Below are positions 19,806 to 29,315 of a DNA stretch of 64,000 nt, piece after piece. The notes below the pieces were generated by a model that saw only the letters and a program-made list of their open reading frames with translations, did no database searches and was not told the DNA's origin. Both the position numbers and the translations under genes were made by a program. Numbering within the stretch: position 1 is the stretch's first letter; every line of letters begins with the position of its first letter. This DNA is from Candidatus Multivoradales bacterium (lineage in GTDB: Bacteria; Acidobacteriota; Thermoanaerobaculia; Multivoradales; JAHEKO01): positions 1 to 64,000 of the forward strand of contig CBDCXM010000008.1 of assembly GCA_965223855.1 (NCBI GenBank), read 5' to 3'.

Positions 19806-21341
19806 ATGCACTCGCGCTACGACATCGTCGTGCTCGGCGGGGCGTTCGCCGGCTCGACCTTTTCCCTGCTGCTCCGGCGCCGGCGGCCGGAGGCGCGGCT
19901 GCTGATCGTGGAGCCACGGACGACCTTCGACCGCAAGGTGGGCGAAGCGACGGTCGAGATCTCCGCGCACTTTCTCGACACCGTGCTCGGCCTCCGCGAG
20001 GTGCTCGAGAGGGACCACCTCGCCAAGCACGGGCTCCGTTTCTGGTTCACCGACGGGCCGGATCGCGACCTCGGCTCGATGACCGAGATCGGCCCTGACG
20101 AGGTCCCCGCACTGCCGAGCTTCCAACTGGACCGCGAGCGGCTCGATCCGGAGCTGCTGCGGCTCGCCGAAGAAGAGGGAGCCGAAGTGGCGCGCGGCTA
20201 TCGGGCGAAGTCGGTCGATCGGCGCGACGACGGCTTCGAGCTGCGGCTCGAGGGCGACGGGCCCGATCGACGGGTCGAGGCGACCTGGCTGATCGACGCC
20301 ACCGGACGTCACGGCTTCCTGGCGAGACGCTGGAACCTGAGACGCAAGGTCGAGGCGCCTCGAACGACTGCGGTCTGGGCCCGCTGGCGGGACGTCGCCG
20401 ACCTCGACGACCGCGAGCGCTTCCCCGAGCTCTCGCACGTCGCGCCCCGCCGCCGGCTGGCGACCAACCACTTCTGCGGTCACGGCTGGTGGTGCTGGAA
20501 GATCCCGCTCCAGCACGAGCGCGCCAGCGTCGGTCTGGTCTGGGACAAGACGATCTTCGATCTGCCTGGACGCGGCCCGCTTCTCGACCGCTACGTCGAC
20601 TTCGTCCGCGGCCGCCCGGGGCTCGGGCAACTGCTGGAAGAGGCGAAGGTCGAGCGCGAGGACCACATGGCCTACGGCCATCTGCCCTATGCCGCCAGCC
20701 GCTATGCCGGACGACGCTGGGCGCTCCTGGGCGACGCCGCCAGCTTTACCGATCCCTTCTACAGCCCGGGGCTCGATCACACCGCGATGTCGGTCTACGC
20801 CACCGCGCAGCTGGTGGACAAAGCGCTCGGCCGGAGCGTCGACGGCGCTGCGGAGCCGGAGGCGGTCGCGGAGCACAACGCCAGGTTCCTACGCTCCTAC
20901 GGCAGGTGGCTCGAGGCGCTCTACACCGACAAGTACGAGCTCTTCGGCGACGCCCAACTGACGGCCGCGAGCTATCTGGCCGACACCGCCCTCTACTACC
21001 TCGGTGTCGTCCGGCCGGTGCTGCGCGACCGTGACGCCCTCGCCCATCCGACCTTCGGTCTCGGCATCCCTGCCACCCGCTGGGCATCCGCTTCGATGGC
21101 GCGCTTCAAGCGGCGGCTGGTGACACTGGCCCGGCGGCGCCGGGAGTTGGGACTCCACCAGCGTCGCAATGCCGGCTGGCGCCTTTACTCGCCTGCGTTT
21201 CGTGCCGGCGCCGGCTCGCTACGCCATCTCGGGATCGCACTCCGGCTCTGGTGGGGTGCGGAATGGAGCTGCCTCATCGCTCGGGCGAAACGCCGCCTGC
21301 GACGCGACCGGATCGCCGGCGAGCCGGAGCCGGCAGGCTGA
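19806..21341 (+). CDS. Flavin-dependent halogenase-like oxidoreductase
   Basis: Rossmann 'DIVVLGGAFAG', 'RKVGEAT', WxWxIP motif 'WCWKIP', 'GDAASFTDPFYSPG'. Confidence 0.82.
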   Translation: MHSRYDIVVLGGAFAGSTFSLLLRRRRPEARLLIVEPRTTFDRKVGEATVEISAHFLDTVLGLREVLERDHLAKHGLRFWFTDGPDRDLGSMTEIGPDEVPALPSFQLDRERLDPELLRLAEEEGAEVARGYRAKSVDRRDDGFELRLEGDGPDRRVEATWLIDATGRHGFLARRWNLRRKVEAPRTTAVWARWRDVADLDDRERFPELSHVAPRRRLATNHFCGHGWWCWKIPLQHERASVGLVWDKTIFDLPGRGPLLDRYVDFVRGRPGLGQLLEEAKVEREDHMAYGHLPYAASRYAGRRWALLGDAASFTDPFYSPGLDHTAMSVYATAQLVDKALGRSVDGAAEPEAVAEHNARFLRSYGRWLEALYTDKYELFGDAQLTAASYLADTALYYLGVVRPVLRDRDALAHPTFGLGIPATRWASASMARFKRRLVTLARRRRELGLHQRRNAGWRLYSPAFRAGAGSLRHLGIALRLWWGAEWSCLIARAKRRLRRDRIAGEPEPAG

Positions 21342-21449
21342 GGTCGCCGCGCCGGATCAGGGACGCCTCCCCTGCGTGCCGGAAGAGCCTGAAACCTCCC
21401 GAAGCCCGGGAGCTACCGAAGTCCGTCCCCTGCCGCTGTGCCACGACGG

Positions 21450-23885
21450 CTACCGCTCACGCTCGAGAGCGGGCAGCACGGTCACCGTCGCCACGAAGCA
21501 GACAGTCACGCCGATCGCCACGAGCAACCCTCCCATCCTCAGAGCGGGCAGTCGCGAAGCCCCTAATGAACCGAACGCCCAGACCGTCGTCACCGTCGTC
21601 AGAAGCAGACCGCGGCCCGAGCCCCTGACCGCCTCGACGCGATCGCGTGCACCGCTGAGCACCACGTGAAGCCCGTCGTCGACCCCCAGGCCGAGGACGA
21701 TCGGCAACACGCACAGCGAGACGAGGTCGAGAGGAATACCGGCCCAGCCGAGCGCGCCGACGGTCACGACGCCGCCGAAGATCGCAGGCAGACAGGCCAG
21801 AAGCGCCCGTCTCGGGCCACCCGCAACCACCGCCAGGACAAGGACGACGACGAAAAGGCCCGCGACGGCGAGTCGTCGGAAGTCGGCAATCGCCCGACTC
21901 TCGAGCGCCGCGCCCAGCCGCCCGGCGGAGGCCCAGCGCGCCTCGGGCCACCGCTCCTCGAGCTCCTCCCACAGGGCGGGGTCGGCCGGTCCCGAGCTGC
22001 GCACCCGCACCACCGCGAGCGCGCGCCCCTCCGACGAGACCACTCCGGAGAGGGGCGAGGGGCCCGTGGCCCCTCCAGCAGGTTCGTTGGCTGTCCACCG
22101 ACTCGAGGTCGGCGACTCGAGCCACTGCCAGGCCGAGGCCAGCGCCGTCGGATCGAGCCCCGCCCGCTCGAGAGCCTCGCGAATCTCCGCCGCCCTCTCC
22201 GCACCGCCGAGACGTTCCGCCCGTCGTGCTCTCTCCTCGGGACCGAGCGGCCGCGCCGTCGCCATGGGGGCGTTGATTCTCCAGCTCGGTTCGCGCGTCT
22301 CGAGCCATCCGCTCACCGCAGCGGCCGTGCGCAGAGCCTGACCGGTGTCGGCAGCCGTGACGACGATCGCGGCGGTATCCGCGCCGATGCCGAACTGCTC
22401 GGCGAGGGTACGTTCGACGGCGAACAACGGGCTGTCCGCCGGCCGCAACGCGGCGAGATCGGTGTCGAACTCGACACGAACGAGGCCGAGCGCTCCGACA
22501 ATCGCGATCAGACCGGCAGCGGCCAGCAGGAGACCCCGCGACCCGCGCGCACGCTCGCTCACGAGGGAGAGCCGACGTTCGATCCCGCCTGCGGGCTCCT
22601 CCCGTTTCGCCGCGGCGCCGGCGAGCGACCAGCCGCCGATCGCGAACGTCGCCACGAGAAGGCTGCCGACTCCGAGCGCCAGCAGGAAGCCGAGCTGCCT
22701 GAGCAGAGGCCAGCCTGCGAGGGCGAGTACGAGCGCCGCGGCAGCCGTCGACGCGGCAGAGGCGAAGGCGGGTCGTCCGACCCGCTCGAGCACCAGCCGC
22801 CAGCGCCGCTCCCGGGTCAGGGACTCGGCCGCACGGGCACGCGCCAGGAAGTGAACACCGTAGTCGACACCCAGCCCGACGACGATCGGCAGGCATCCGA
22901 CGGCGAGAGCGAGCACGACCGGCGAGAAGAGACTCCAGAGCGCGGCGGTCCAGAGGCCACCGACGACGACGATCGCGGCCAGCAGCAGCGGAGCTCGAAA
23001 GCTCCGCAGACCCAGCCAAAGCAGCAGCGCACAACCGGCGAGCGACAACGGCAGGGTCGTCGAGAGATCGCGGCGCAGGACGCGCTCGTCGGCCGCGGCA
23101 TAGAGCGAACCGCCCACGGCGACGAGTCCGACGGCGCTCTCGAACTCGGTCTTCAGCCGTTGCTCCACCTCGTCGAGCTGCCTCTCGACGAGCCGTCCAG
23201 CGGCCGCATCGAGCTCTTCGCCCGCCGTCTCGACGATGATCAGACGATGCCGCGGGTCCCTGCCGACGTAGAGGCCGGTCACCGGATCGATCGGCGCGTC
23301 CGCGGAGACCTCCCCGAGCGGCGAAAGCTCGAGCAGCTCGAGCGGGTCGGCCCGCCACCACGGAGCGAGCCCGACACTCGCCGGCGTCGCCAGTCTACGG
23401 CGCAACCTCTCGAACCGATGTTCGAGGGCGTCCGGCTCGAGGCGCCGGGCGACTTCGTCGAGCGCCGACTCGGGGAGCGACCAGATCAACCCCGGCAGAA
23501 ACTCCTCGCGAAGCCGACGCTCCTCGGTGGATGTCAGCCCCGCCCGCGCCGAGAGGGTGCCGGGTAGCGCCGCGATCAGCTCCTCGGCCCGACTGTGGAC
23601 GTTCGCCGCCACAGGCAGGTCGCTCTCAGGGACGTTGGCGACGACGAAGGTCGCTTCGTTCCCACCGAATACCTCGGCGAGTTCGCGGTACGCCTCTGCC
23701 GCCGGCTCCCCCTCCGGCAGGAGGGAGGCGACACGGGGGTCCACACCGAGACGGAGCGCGGCAGGGACCGCGAGAGCCAGCGAGAGGAGCAGGGCGACAC
23801 CCACCCGACGCCGTCTCGGACCCCAGTGGCGACTCTCTTCCGACGAGTCGGGTGCCGGCAACCCCGGGCCGTCTTCCGGCGTCAG
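21450..23885 (-). CDS. MMPL/RND-family lipid exporter
   Basis: Two repeats of TM bundles with 'GLGVDYGVH' and 'GLGVDDGLH'; start uncertain (CTG 23885 overlapping the fabG stop, or a GTG near 23805). Confidence 0.85.
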   Translation of the reverse strand: MTPEDGPGLPAPDSSEESRHWGPRRRRVGVALLLSLALAVPAALRLGVDPRVASLLPEGEPAAEAYRELAEVFGGNEATFVVANVPESDLPVAANVHSRAEELIAALPGTLSARAGLTSTEERRLREEFLPGLIWSLPESALDEVARRLEPDALEHRFERLRRRLATPASVGLAPWWRADPLELLELSPLGEVSADAPIDPVTGLYVGRDPRHRLIIVETAGEELDAAAGRLVERQLDEVEQRLKTEFESAVGLVAVGGSLYAAADERVLRRDLSTTLPLSLAGCALLLWLGLRSFRAPLLLAAIVVVGGLWTAALWSLFSPVVLALAVGCLPIVVGLGVDYGVHFLARARAAESLTRERRWRLVLERVGRPAFASAASTAAAALVLALAGWPLLRQLGFLLALGVGSLLVATFAIGGWSLAGAAAKREEPAGGIERRLSLVSERARGSRGLLLAAAGLIAIVGALGLVRVEFDTDLAALRPADSPLFAVERTLAEQFGIGADTAAIVVTAADTGQALRTAAAVSGWLETREPSWRINAPMATARPLGPEERARRAERLGGAERAAEIREALERAGLDPTALASAWQWLESPTSSRWTANEPAGGATGPSPLSGVVSSEGRALAVVRVRSSGPADPALWEELEERWPEARWASAGRLGAALESRAIADFRRLAVAGLFVVVLVLAVVAGGPRRALLACLPAIFGGVVTVGALGWAGIPLDLVSLCVLPIVLGLGVDDGLHVVLSGARDRVEAVRGSGRGLLLTTVTTVWAFGSLGASRLPALRMGGLLVAIGVTVCFVATVTVLPALERER

Positions 23886-24622
23886 ATCGAAGCTCCGGCG
23901 TCGACGACCACGGTCTGCCCGGTGATGGCGGCGGCGTCCGACGACAGAAGGAACGAGGCGACGGCCGCAACGTGCGCCGGTGTCACGCCGTCCGGAAGGC
24001 ACTCCCCGGACCTCAGGCGCGCGATCTCCTCGTCATCGAGCCGGCGGGTCATCGGAGTATCGACGAACCCCGGCAGCACCGCATTGACGCGAATCCTCTT
24101 GGAGCCCATCTCACGAGCGAGTGAGCGCATCATCGCGACCACTCCGGCCTTCGAGGCGGCGTAGGCGGCCTGTCCCGGGACTCCACGGACCGCCGACAGA
24201 GACGCGACGTAGACGAGCGATCCCCCTCCCCGCCTGAGAAGGGCCCGGACGACCTCGCGAGCACCGCGGAAGGCCGCCCCGAGATTGAGATCGAGAACGC
24301 GGTCCCACTCGTCGTCGGAAGTGAACGCGAGCAGGCCACCGGAGGTCACGCCGGCGCAATGCACGAGTCCCGCCACCGGAGCGAAGGTCTCCTCCACCTC
24401 CCGAATCCATCGGGCCCAGGCGGATCGGTCCGCGAGGTCGACCTGAAACCCCTTCGCGCGCCCACGGCTCGCCTTCTCGACGCGTTCCGCCTCCGCCTCG
24501 CCGTTGCGATAGGTGAAGGCGACGTGCGCTCCCTCCGCGACCAGCCGCGCGACGACCGCCTCTCCGATTCCGCCGCTGCCGCCGGTGACGAGGACCACTC
24601 CTTGTTCCTCCGACCCGCTCAT
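23882..24622 (-). CDS. fabG: 3-oxoacyl-ACP reductase (FabG-like SDR)
   Basis: 'TGGSGGIG', 'YAASKAG', 'PGFVDTPMT', 'ITGQTVVVDAG'. Confidence 0.85.
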   Translation of the reverse strand: MSGSEEQGVVLVTGGSGGIGEAVVARLVAEGAHVAFTYRNGEAEAERVEKASRGRAKGFQVDLADRSAWARWIREVEETFAPVAGLVHCAGVTSGGLLAFTSDDEWDRVLDLNLGAAFRGAREVVRALLRRGGGSLVYVASLSAVRGVPGQAAYAASKAGVVAMMRSLAREMGSKRIRVNAVLPGFVDTPMTRRLDDEEIARLRSGECLPDGVTPAHVAAVASFLLSSDAAAITGQTVVVDAGASI

Positions 24623-25302
24623 CGATGCGACTCCCAGCGCGCACGCCAGACCGCTCTGGCAATTCTCAGACTGTCCACCAGAGCCCGATAGTGGCTTGTC
24701 AGACGCCCGTCTGCAAACCCGAGCTCGACGGGAACGCTGGCAATCCGGAAGCCGCGGCGAGCGGCTCGGACCACCACTGCGCTCTCCGCTTCGAAACGGT
24801 CCTCCGCGAAGCCGACCGCCTCCACGAGACTCAGCCGATAGGCACGGAAGCCGGTCTGAACGTCGGCAACTCGGCGGCCGGCGGCGAAGGAGATCGCTCT
24901 CGAAGAGAGCGTGTTGCTGGCTCGGCGAAGGCGGCTCATCGCCGCGAAGTGCCGGGTTCGGGAGCCGAGCACCAGATCGGCCTCGCCGATCGCCGCCAGC
25001 AGCACCGGAATCTCCTCCGGGAGGTGCTGCCCGTCGGCATCCAGAGTGACGACGGTCTCGGCGCCGGAACGGGCGAGTTCCGAGAAGCCGAGCCTGAGTG
25101 CCGCACCCTTGCCGCGGTTGGTCTGGTGGCGCAGAACCCGCGCGCCCGCCTCGCGCGCCGCCTTCGAGGTGTCGTCGGTCGAGCCGTCGTCCACCACCAG
25201 CACCTCGTGCCCCAGCGCTCGGGTGCGACGCACGACCTCCCCGACACTGGGAGCCGCCTGGTAGGCGGGGATGATGGCGGGCGGCAGCGGCGATCCGTTC
25301 AC
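24619..25302 (-). CDS. Glycosyltransferase family 2 (DPM-synthase-like)
   Basis: 'IIPAYQ', 'VDDGSTD', 'NRGKGAAL', 'LDADGQH', 'DVQTGFR'. Confidence 0.88.
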   Translation of the reverse strand: MNGSPLPPAIIPAYQAAPSVGEVVRRTRALGHEVLVVDDGSTDDTSKAAREAGARVLRHQTNRGKGAALRLGFSELARSGAETVVTLDADGQHLPEEIPVLLAAIGEADLVLGSRTRHFAAMSRLRRASNTLSSRAISFAAGRRVADVQTGFRAYRLSLVEAVGFAEDRFEAESAVVVRAARRGFRIASVPVELGFADGRLTSHYRALVDSLRIARAVWRARWESHR

Positions 25303-26489
25303 GCGACGCCCTCGAACACGCACCAGGAAGCGGCCCCGCCCGGTGCGAGGGCGACGGCGAGCACCCGACGAGGCTGGGCCGACAGCGTCGACTCGAGAGG
25401 AGAGAGGTCGAGGGTCGGATCGGACTCCTCGAAGCCGGCGGTCGGGCCGACCTCGCCGGACGCAGCGAGCGCGCCGCAAGCGAGCAGCACCGGACCGCAG
25501 TTGCCGGAAGCGCCGAACGGCGCCGTCACCGGCGGTGTCGCCTCCGATCCCGGCCACAGTTGGCGCACCAGTCCGGCGTAGGCACGATCACCGTCGCGGG
25601 CTCCGGACGCTCCGGTGACGACCAGGTCGATCGAATCGAGCGGAATGCCGGATCGCCCCAGACCCTCACGAACGGCGTCTCCCAGATCGGCCGCGCCGCG
25701 GCCCCAGTTCACCCGGGTGGCAGTAGGATCGAACGCCGCCCCGCACGCGAGCAGGCGCGCGAGCGGAGATCCCGCCGTTTGCTCGCCGCTCTCGAGTCGC
25801 AGCACCGCCGCACCCTCGGCGACGACGAAGCCGTCCCGTCGACGGTCGAACGGCCGGCCGCATCCGCCGTCCGCGGTCGACAGCGCTCCCATGCGATCGA
25901 GCACCGCGTGCAACAACGGGTTGACCTCATCGACCGCCCCCACCAGCGCGCGCTCGATCCGCCCCGCGGAGAGCGCCAGAGCAGCCTCCCGTGCCGCCAG
26001 GAAAGGTCCCGCATCGCGCTGGGTCAGGGTGATGTTGGGACCGGTCGCACCCGCCGCGATCGCCACCTGCGCCGCCGGCGCGTTGGCCACCGACTCGGTG
26101 AAGAGAAACGGTGAAACCGCCTGAGCCCCCTCTTCGAGGATCTGGCGCAGGATGCCCTCCGTGAAGCTCGAAGGGCCGTACGAGGTAGCGACGTAGACCC
26201 CCGTCTCCGAAGACGTGCTCGTCTCGATCGCCTGCGCCATCGACGCTGCGGCGACGGCGAAACGCGACGGCGGGCTCATCCGCCTCGCCTGCCGGGGCGG
26301 GAGCCAGGCCGAGAGGTCGATCTCCCCGACCAGAACCGCACGACGGGAACCCTGCGGGCGGTGATAGCCCGCTTCTGTGTCGACCTCGAGGGTCGGCGAG
26401 GCCTTCCCCGCCAGGATCGACCGCACGATCTCCTCCCCCGTCCCTCCGGCGAGCACAGCGCCTACCCCGGTGACGACGATCGAAGTCAA
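25299..26489 (-). CDS. Beta-ketoacyl synthase chain-length-factor-like subunit
   Basis: KS fold ('SPFLFTESVANAPA', 'PFDRRRDGFVVAEGA') but no catalytic Cys/His/His; TTG start overlaps the upstream KS stop. Confidence 0.82.
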   Translation of the reverse strand: MTSIVVTGVGAVLAGGTGEEIVRSILAGKASPTLEVDTEAGYHRPQGSRRAVLVGEIDLSAWLPPRQARRMSPPSRFAVAAASMAQAIETSTSSETGVYVATSYGPSSFTEGILRQILEEGAQAVSPFLFTESVANAPAAQVAIAAGATGPNITLTQRDAGPFLAAREAALALSAGRIERALVGAVDEVNPLLHAVLDRMGALSTADGGCGRPFDRRRDGFVVAEGAAVLRLESGEQTAGSPLARLLACGAAFDPTATRVNWGRGAADLGDAVREGLGRSGIPLDSIDLVVTGASGARDGDRAYAGLVRQLWPGSEATPPVTAPFGASGNCGPVLLACGALAASGEVGPTAGFEESDPTLDLSPLESTLSAQPRRVLAVALAPGGAASWCVFEGVA

Positions 26490-27694
26490 GGCGGCGGCCC
26501 GATGAGCAGCGCGGCGTTCGAGCCGCCGAACGCGAAGCTGGTCGACAGGCCGATTCCGCCCTCGTCGAGCGGACGTGAGCGACCGGTCACCAGATCGACG
26601 CCGAGCTCGGGATCGACGCTCTCTTCGCCAGGGGTCGGATGGATCTCGCCGCTCACCAGCGACTGGACGGCCGCGACCGCCTCGATCGCTCCCGACGAGC
26701 CGAGGAGGTGACCGACCGACCCCTTCACCGACGTGACCGGCAGCCTCAGCGCCCGATCGCCGAAGACATCGAGCAGGGCTGCCGTCTCGGAAGAGTCGTT
26801 GAGCGGTGTACCGGTTCCGTGAGCGCTGACGAAGCCGACATCGTCCGGCTCGACGCCGGAATCCTCGAGCGCGCCGCGGATGGCACGGGCGGCTCCCAGG
26901 CCGTCCGCACGCGGAGCCGTCATGTGGTGGGCATCGCACGACGCACCCGATCCGAGCAGGCAGGCCAACACCCGCGCTCCCCGCCGCCGCGCCGCAGCCT
27001 CGCTCTCGATCACGACGACCCCTGCCCCCTCGCCGAGGCTGAGGCCGGCTCGTTCGGCGCGAAAGGGCCGAGACGGATCCGGATCGACCGCCCTCAGGGC
27101 GTTGAAACCGGCGTAGGTGAGCGCGCAGAGAGCGTCCGCGCCGCCTGCCAGCGCGATCTCGACCTCACCGCTGCGCACCGCGTCGAGCGCCATTCCGACG
27201 GCGAGGGCACCGGACGCGCAGGCCGAGGAGACCGACTGAACCGGCCCTGTCACTTTCATGGCGCGTGCCACGGCGTCCCCCGGACCGTTGAGCTGGTGCG
27301 ACGCCAGCCATCCGAGACGGAGCCGGGTCCGGGAGTGGCCGGTCAGGGCAGCAAAGAAGCGCTCCCCCTCGGCCATCGCCGCCGTGCTGCCACCGAAAAA
27401 GATCCCGGCGGATGGCGGCAGGCGATCGAGGCCGGCATGCTCAATCGCCTCGCCGGCAGCCGCGAGGGCGAATCGGTCACAGCGGCTCCACTGGGCGCCG
27501 CGAAGAGGTTCTTCCCCCGGAACCTCCGCCGCCAGACGGGTCTTGTGCTCCGAGGTGTCGAATCGCTCGGGGATCCGAATCGCGCTCCTGTCGCCGGTGA
27601 GGCCGGCCCAAAGCGCCGCGACACCCCAACCCCAGCCCGAGACCGCACCCAGACCGGTGATGCAGGCCGGCTGACGCGGGACCGGGCCTCTCAT
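26486..27694 (-). CDS. Beta-ketoacyl-ACP synthase (FabF-like, catalytic residues intact)
   Basis: 'SSACASG', 'SAHGTGT', 'KGSVGHLLG', 'SFAFGGSNA'. Confidence 0.92.
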   Translation of the reverse strand: MRGPVPRQPACITGLGAVSGWGWGVAALWAGLTGDRSAIRIPERFDTSEHKTRLAAEVPGEEPLRGAQWSRCDRFALAAAGEAIEHAGLDRLPPSAGIFFGGSTAAMAEGERFFAALTGHSRTRLRLGWLASHQLNGPGDAVARAMKVTGPVQSVSSACASGALAVGMALDAVRSGEVEIALAGGADALCALTYAGFNALRAVDPDPSRPFRAERAGLSLGEGAGVVVIESEAAARRRGARVLACLLGSGASCDAHHMTAPRADGLGAARAIRGALEDSGVEPDDVGFVSAHGTGTPLNDSSETAALLDVFGDRALRLPVTSVKGSVGHLLGSSGAIEAVAAVQSLVSGEIHPTPGEESVDPELGVDLVTGRSRPLDEGGIGLSTSFAFGGSNAALLIGPPP

Positions 27695-27978
27695 CCAGCG
27701 GAGCTCGACTCCGCCTGCGCTCGCGCCCCTTCGACGAAGGCGGCGAGCCGCTCGACGCTGGAGAACGCTTCCTGATCCATGTCCTCGCTGTCGATCCTGA
27801 GGTCGTATTCCTTCTCCAGGGCAACCACCAGCTCGAGCGCATCGACCGAGTCCAGACCGAGACCTTCCCCGAAGAGCGGCTCTTCGTCGCCAATCTCGTC
27901 GACGCTCATCCCGTCGAGCCTGAGGCTCTCGATCAGGACCTCCTTGATTCGCCGCTTCGTCTCCGATGTTGCAGTCAT
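27691..27978 (-). CDS. Acyl carrier protein
   Basis: 'LFGEGLGLDSVDALELVV' phosphopantetheine site. Confidence 0.92.
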   Translation of the reverse strand: MTATSETKRRIKEVLIESLRLDGMSVDEIGDEEPLFGEGLGLDSVDALELVVALEKEYDLRIDSEDMDQEAFSSVERLAAFVEGARAQAESSSAG

Positions 27979-28054
27979 CGCTCTCTTCCAGCCTCCTTCG
28001 AGCCGCAGATTGTAGCTGAGCGCGTGCTACGATTGGCGCCCCCGAGAGAACGCC

Positions 28055-29254
28055 ATGACACGCTTCCCACTCGCCGCCGCTGTCGTCAGTTTCGCTGTCC
28101 TCGCGGCCGCGGATGCAAGAGCGACCTCGTACGTGGAAATCAGTGACGAGGCTCTCGCCCGTCAGGCGCACGCGATCGCCGTCGTCAACGTGCTGTCCGC
28201 CGGCGCTGCGCCCGCCGTCGGCCCTCCATCGACCGACTACATCGTCGTGGTGGAGAGGCTGCTCAAGGGGACCGTGTCCGGCTCCACGATCGTGGTGCGG
28301 GTCGCGGGAGGCATCGGTCCGGACGGTTGGGGGCTCGACCTCGTCGGCGCACCGCGCTTCTTCGAGGGTGACCGCGCCATCCTCTTCCTCGTGCCGCGCA
28401 ACGACGGGACCTACGGCATCCTTCACTGGATGCTGGGGGCCTTTCACAGCTTCGAGATCGGCGACCGTCATCTCGCCGTCCGGGACCTGTTGGAGACCCG
28501 GCCCCTGTCGGCGGAGGGGGACTCCCGACCACGTGACTTTGAAGCCTTCGCCGAATGGCTCTCCGGCAACGCAGACCGGGCCGACTACCGGGTCTCGATC
28601 GACTCGGGCAGGCTCGAGCGGTGGCAGCGCGCGTTCGGGGTCCTGCGCCACGAGCGGCGCCGGCTCCGCTGGTTCGAGGATCAGGTGGAGTGGTTTCTCG
28701 GTCGCCCCGCCCATCCCCGACTCCGCCGAACCCTGAAGAGCGTCCTGAGAGCGTGGAGTCCGATCGCCAGTCTGGAACTGGTCTACGGCGGCCGTAGCGA
28801 CTCGAGGTCGGGGCTCCACAGCTTCGATGGCGAGAATGTCCTCACGACGGGCGATCGAGACGATGTGATTCCGGGCAGCTTCGACTGCGGAAGCGGGGGC
28901 GTGGTGGCCGTCGGCGGTCCCTGGTTCGACCCCGAGATCACCGCCAAGCGGCAGCCCGGAAGCGGCCATCTACCTTCGATCCGGATTCTCGGTGCAGACG
29001 TCGTGCTCAACGACGGCGCGGAGTGCCTCCTGGAGGTGGACGGAGACCTGGCCTTCGAGTCACTGATCCACGAACTCGGTCACACTCTCGGCCTGGGGAC
29101 GAGCTGCGGAGACTCGGTATCGGGGCCGTGTCGGGGCGACGCCGCGACGGGCGCGATGCGCGCGATTCTCGATGCCGCCGGTCCCCACCAGCCCGACGGT
29201 TCCGCGCGACTGCCCGGAGAGCGGGAGCGCGGGGAGCTCCAGCACCACGACTGA
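28055..29254 (+). CDS. Secreted matrixin/metzincin-like protein (third zinc ligand His replaced by Thr)
   Basis: Signal peptide, 'ADVVLN', 'HELGHTLGLGTSC', Met-turn-like 'AMRA'. Confidence 0.72.
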   Translation: MTRFPLAAAVVSFAVLAAADARATSYVEISDEALARQAHAIAVVNVLSAGAAPAVGPPSTDYIVVVERLLKGTVSGSTIVVRVAGGIGPDGWGLDLVGAPRFFEGDRAILFLVPRNDGTYGILHWMLGAFHSFEIGDRHLAVRDLLETRPLSAEGDSRPRDFEAFAEWLSGNADRADYRVSIDSGRLERWQRAFGVLRHERRRLRWFEDQVEWFLGRPAHPRLRRTLKSVLRAWSPIASLELVYGGRSDSRSGLHSFDGENVLTTGDRDDVIPGSFDCGSGGVVAVGGPWFDPEITAKRQPGSGHLPSIRILGADVVLNDGAECLLEVDGDLAFESLIHELGHTLGLGTSCGDSVSGPCRGDAATGAMRAILDAAGPHQPDGSARLPGERERGELQHHD

Positions 29255-29315
29255 GCCACCGGCGCACGCCGATCCCGCCGCCACGAGCGAGCCGGCCGAA
29301 GGCCTGTCGGCACCC

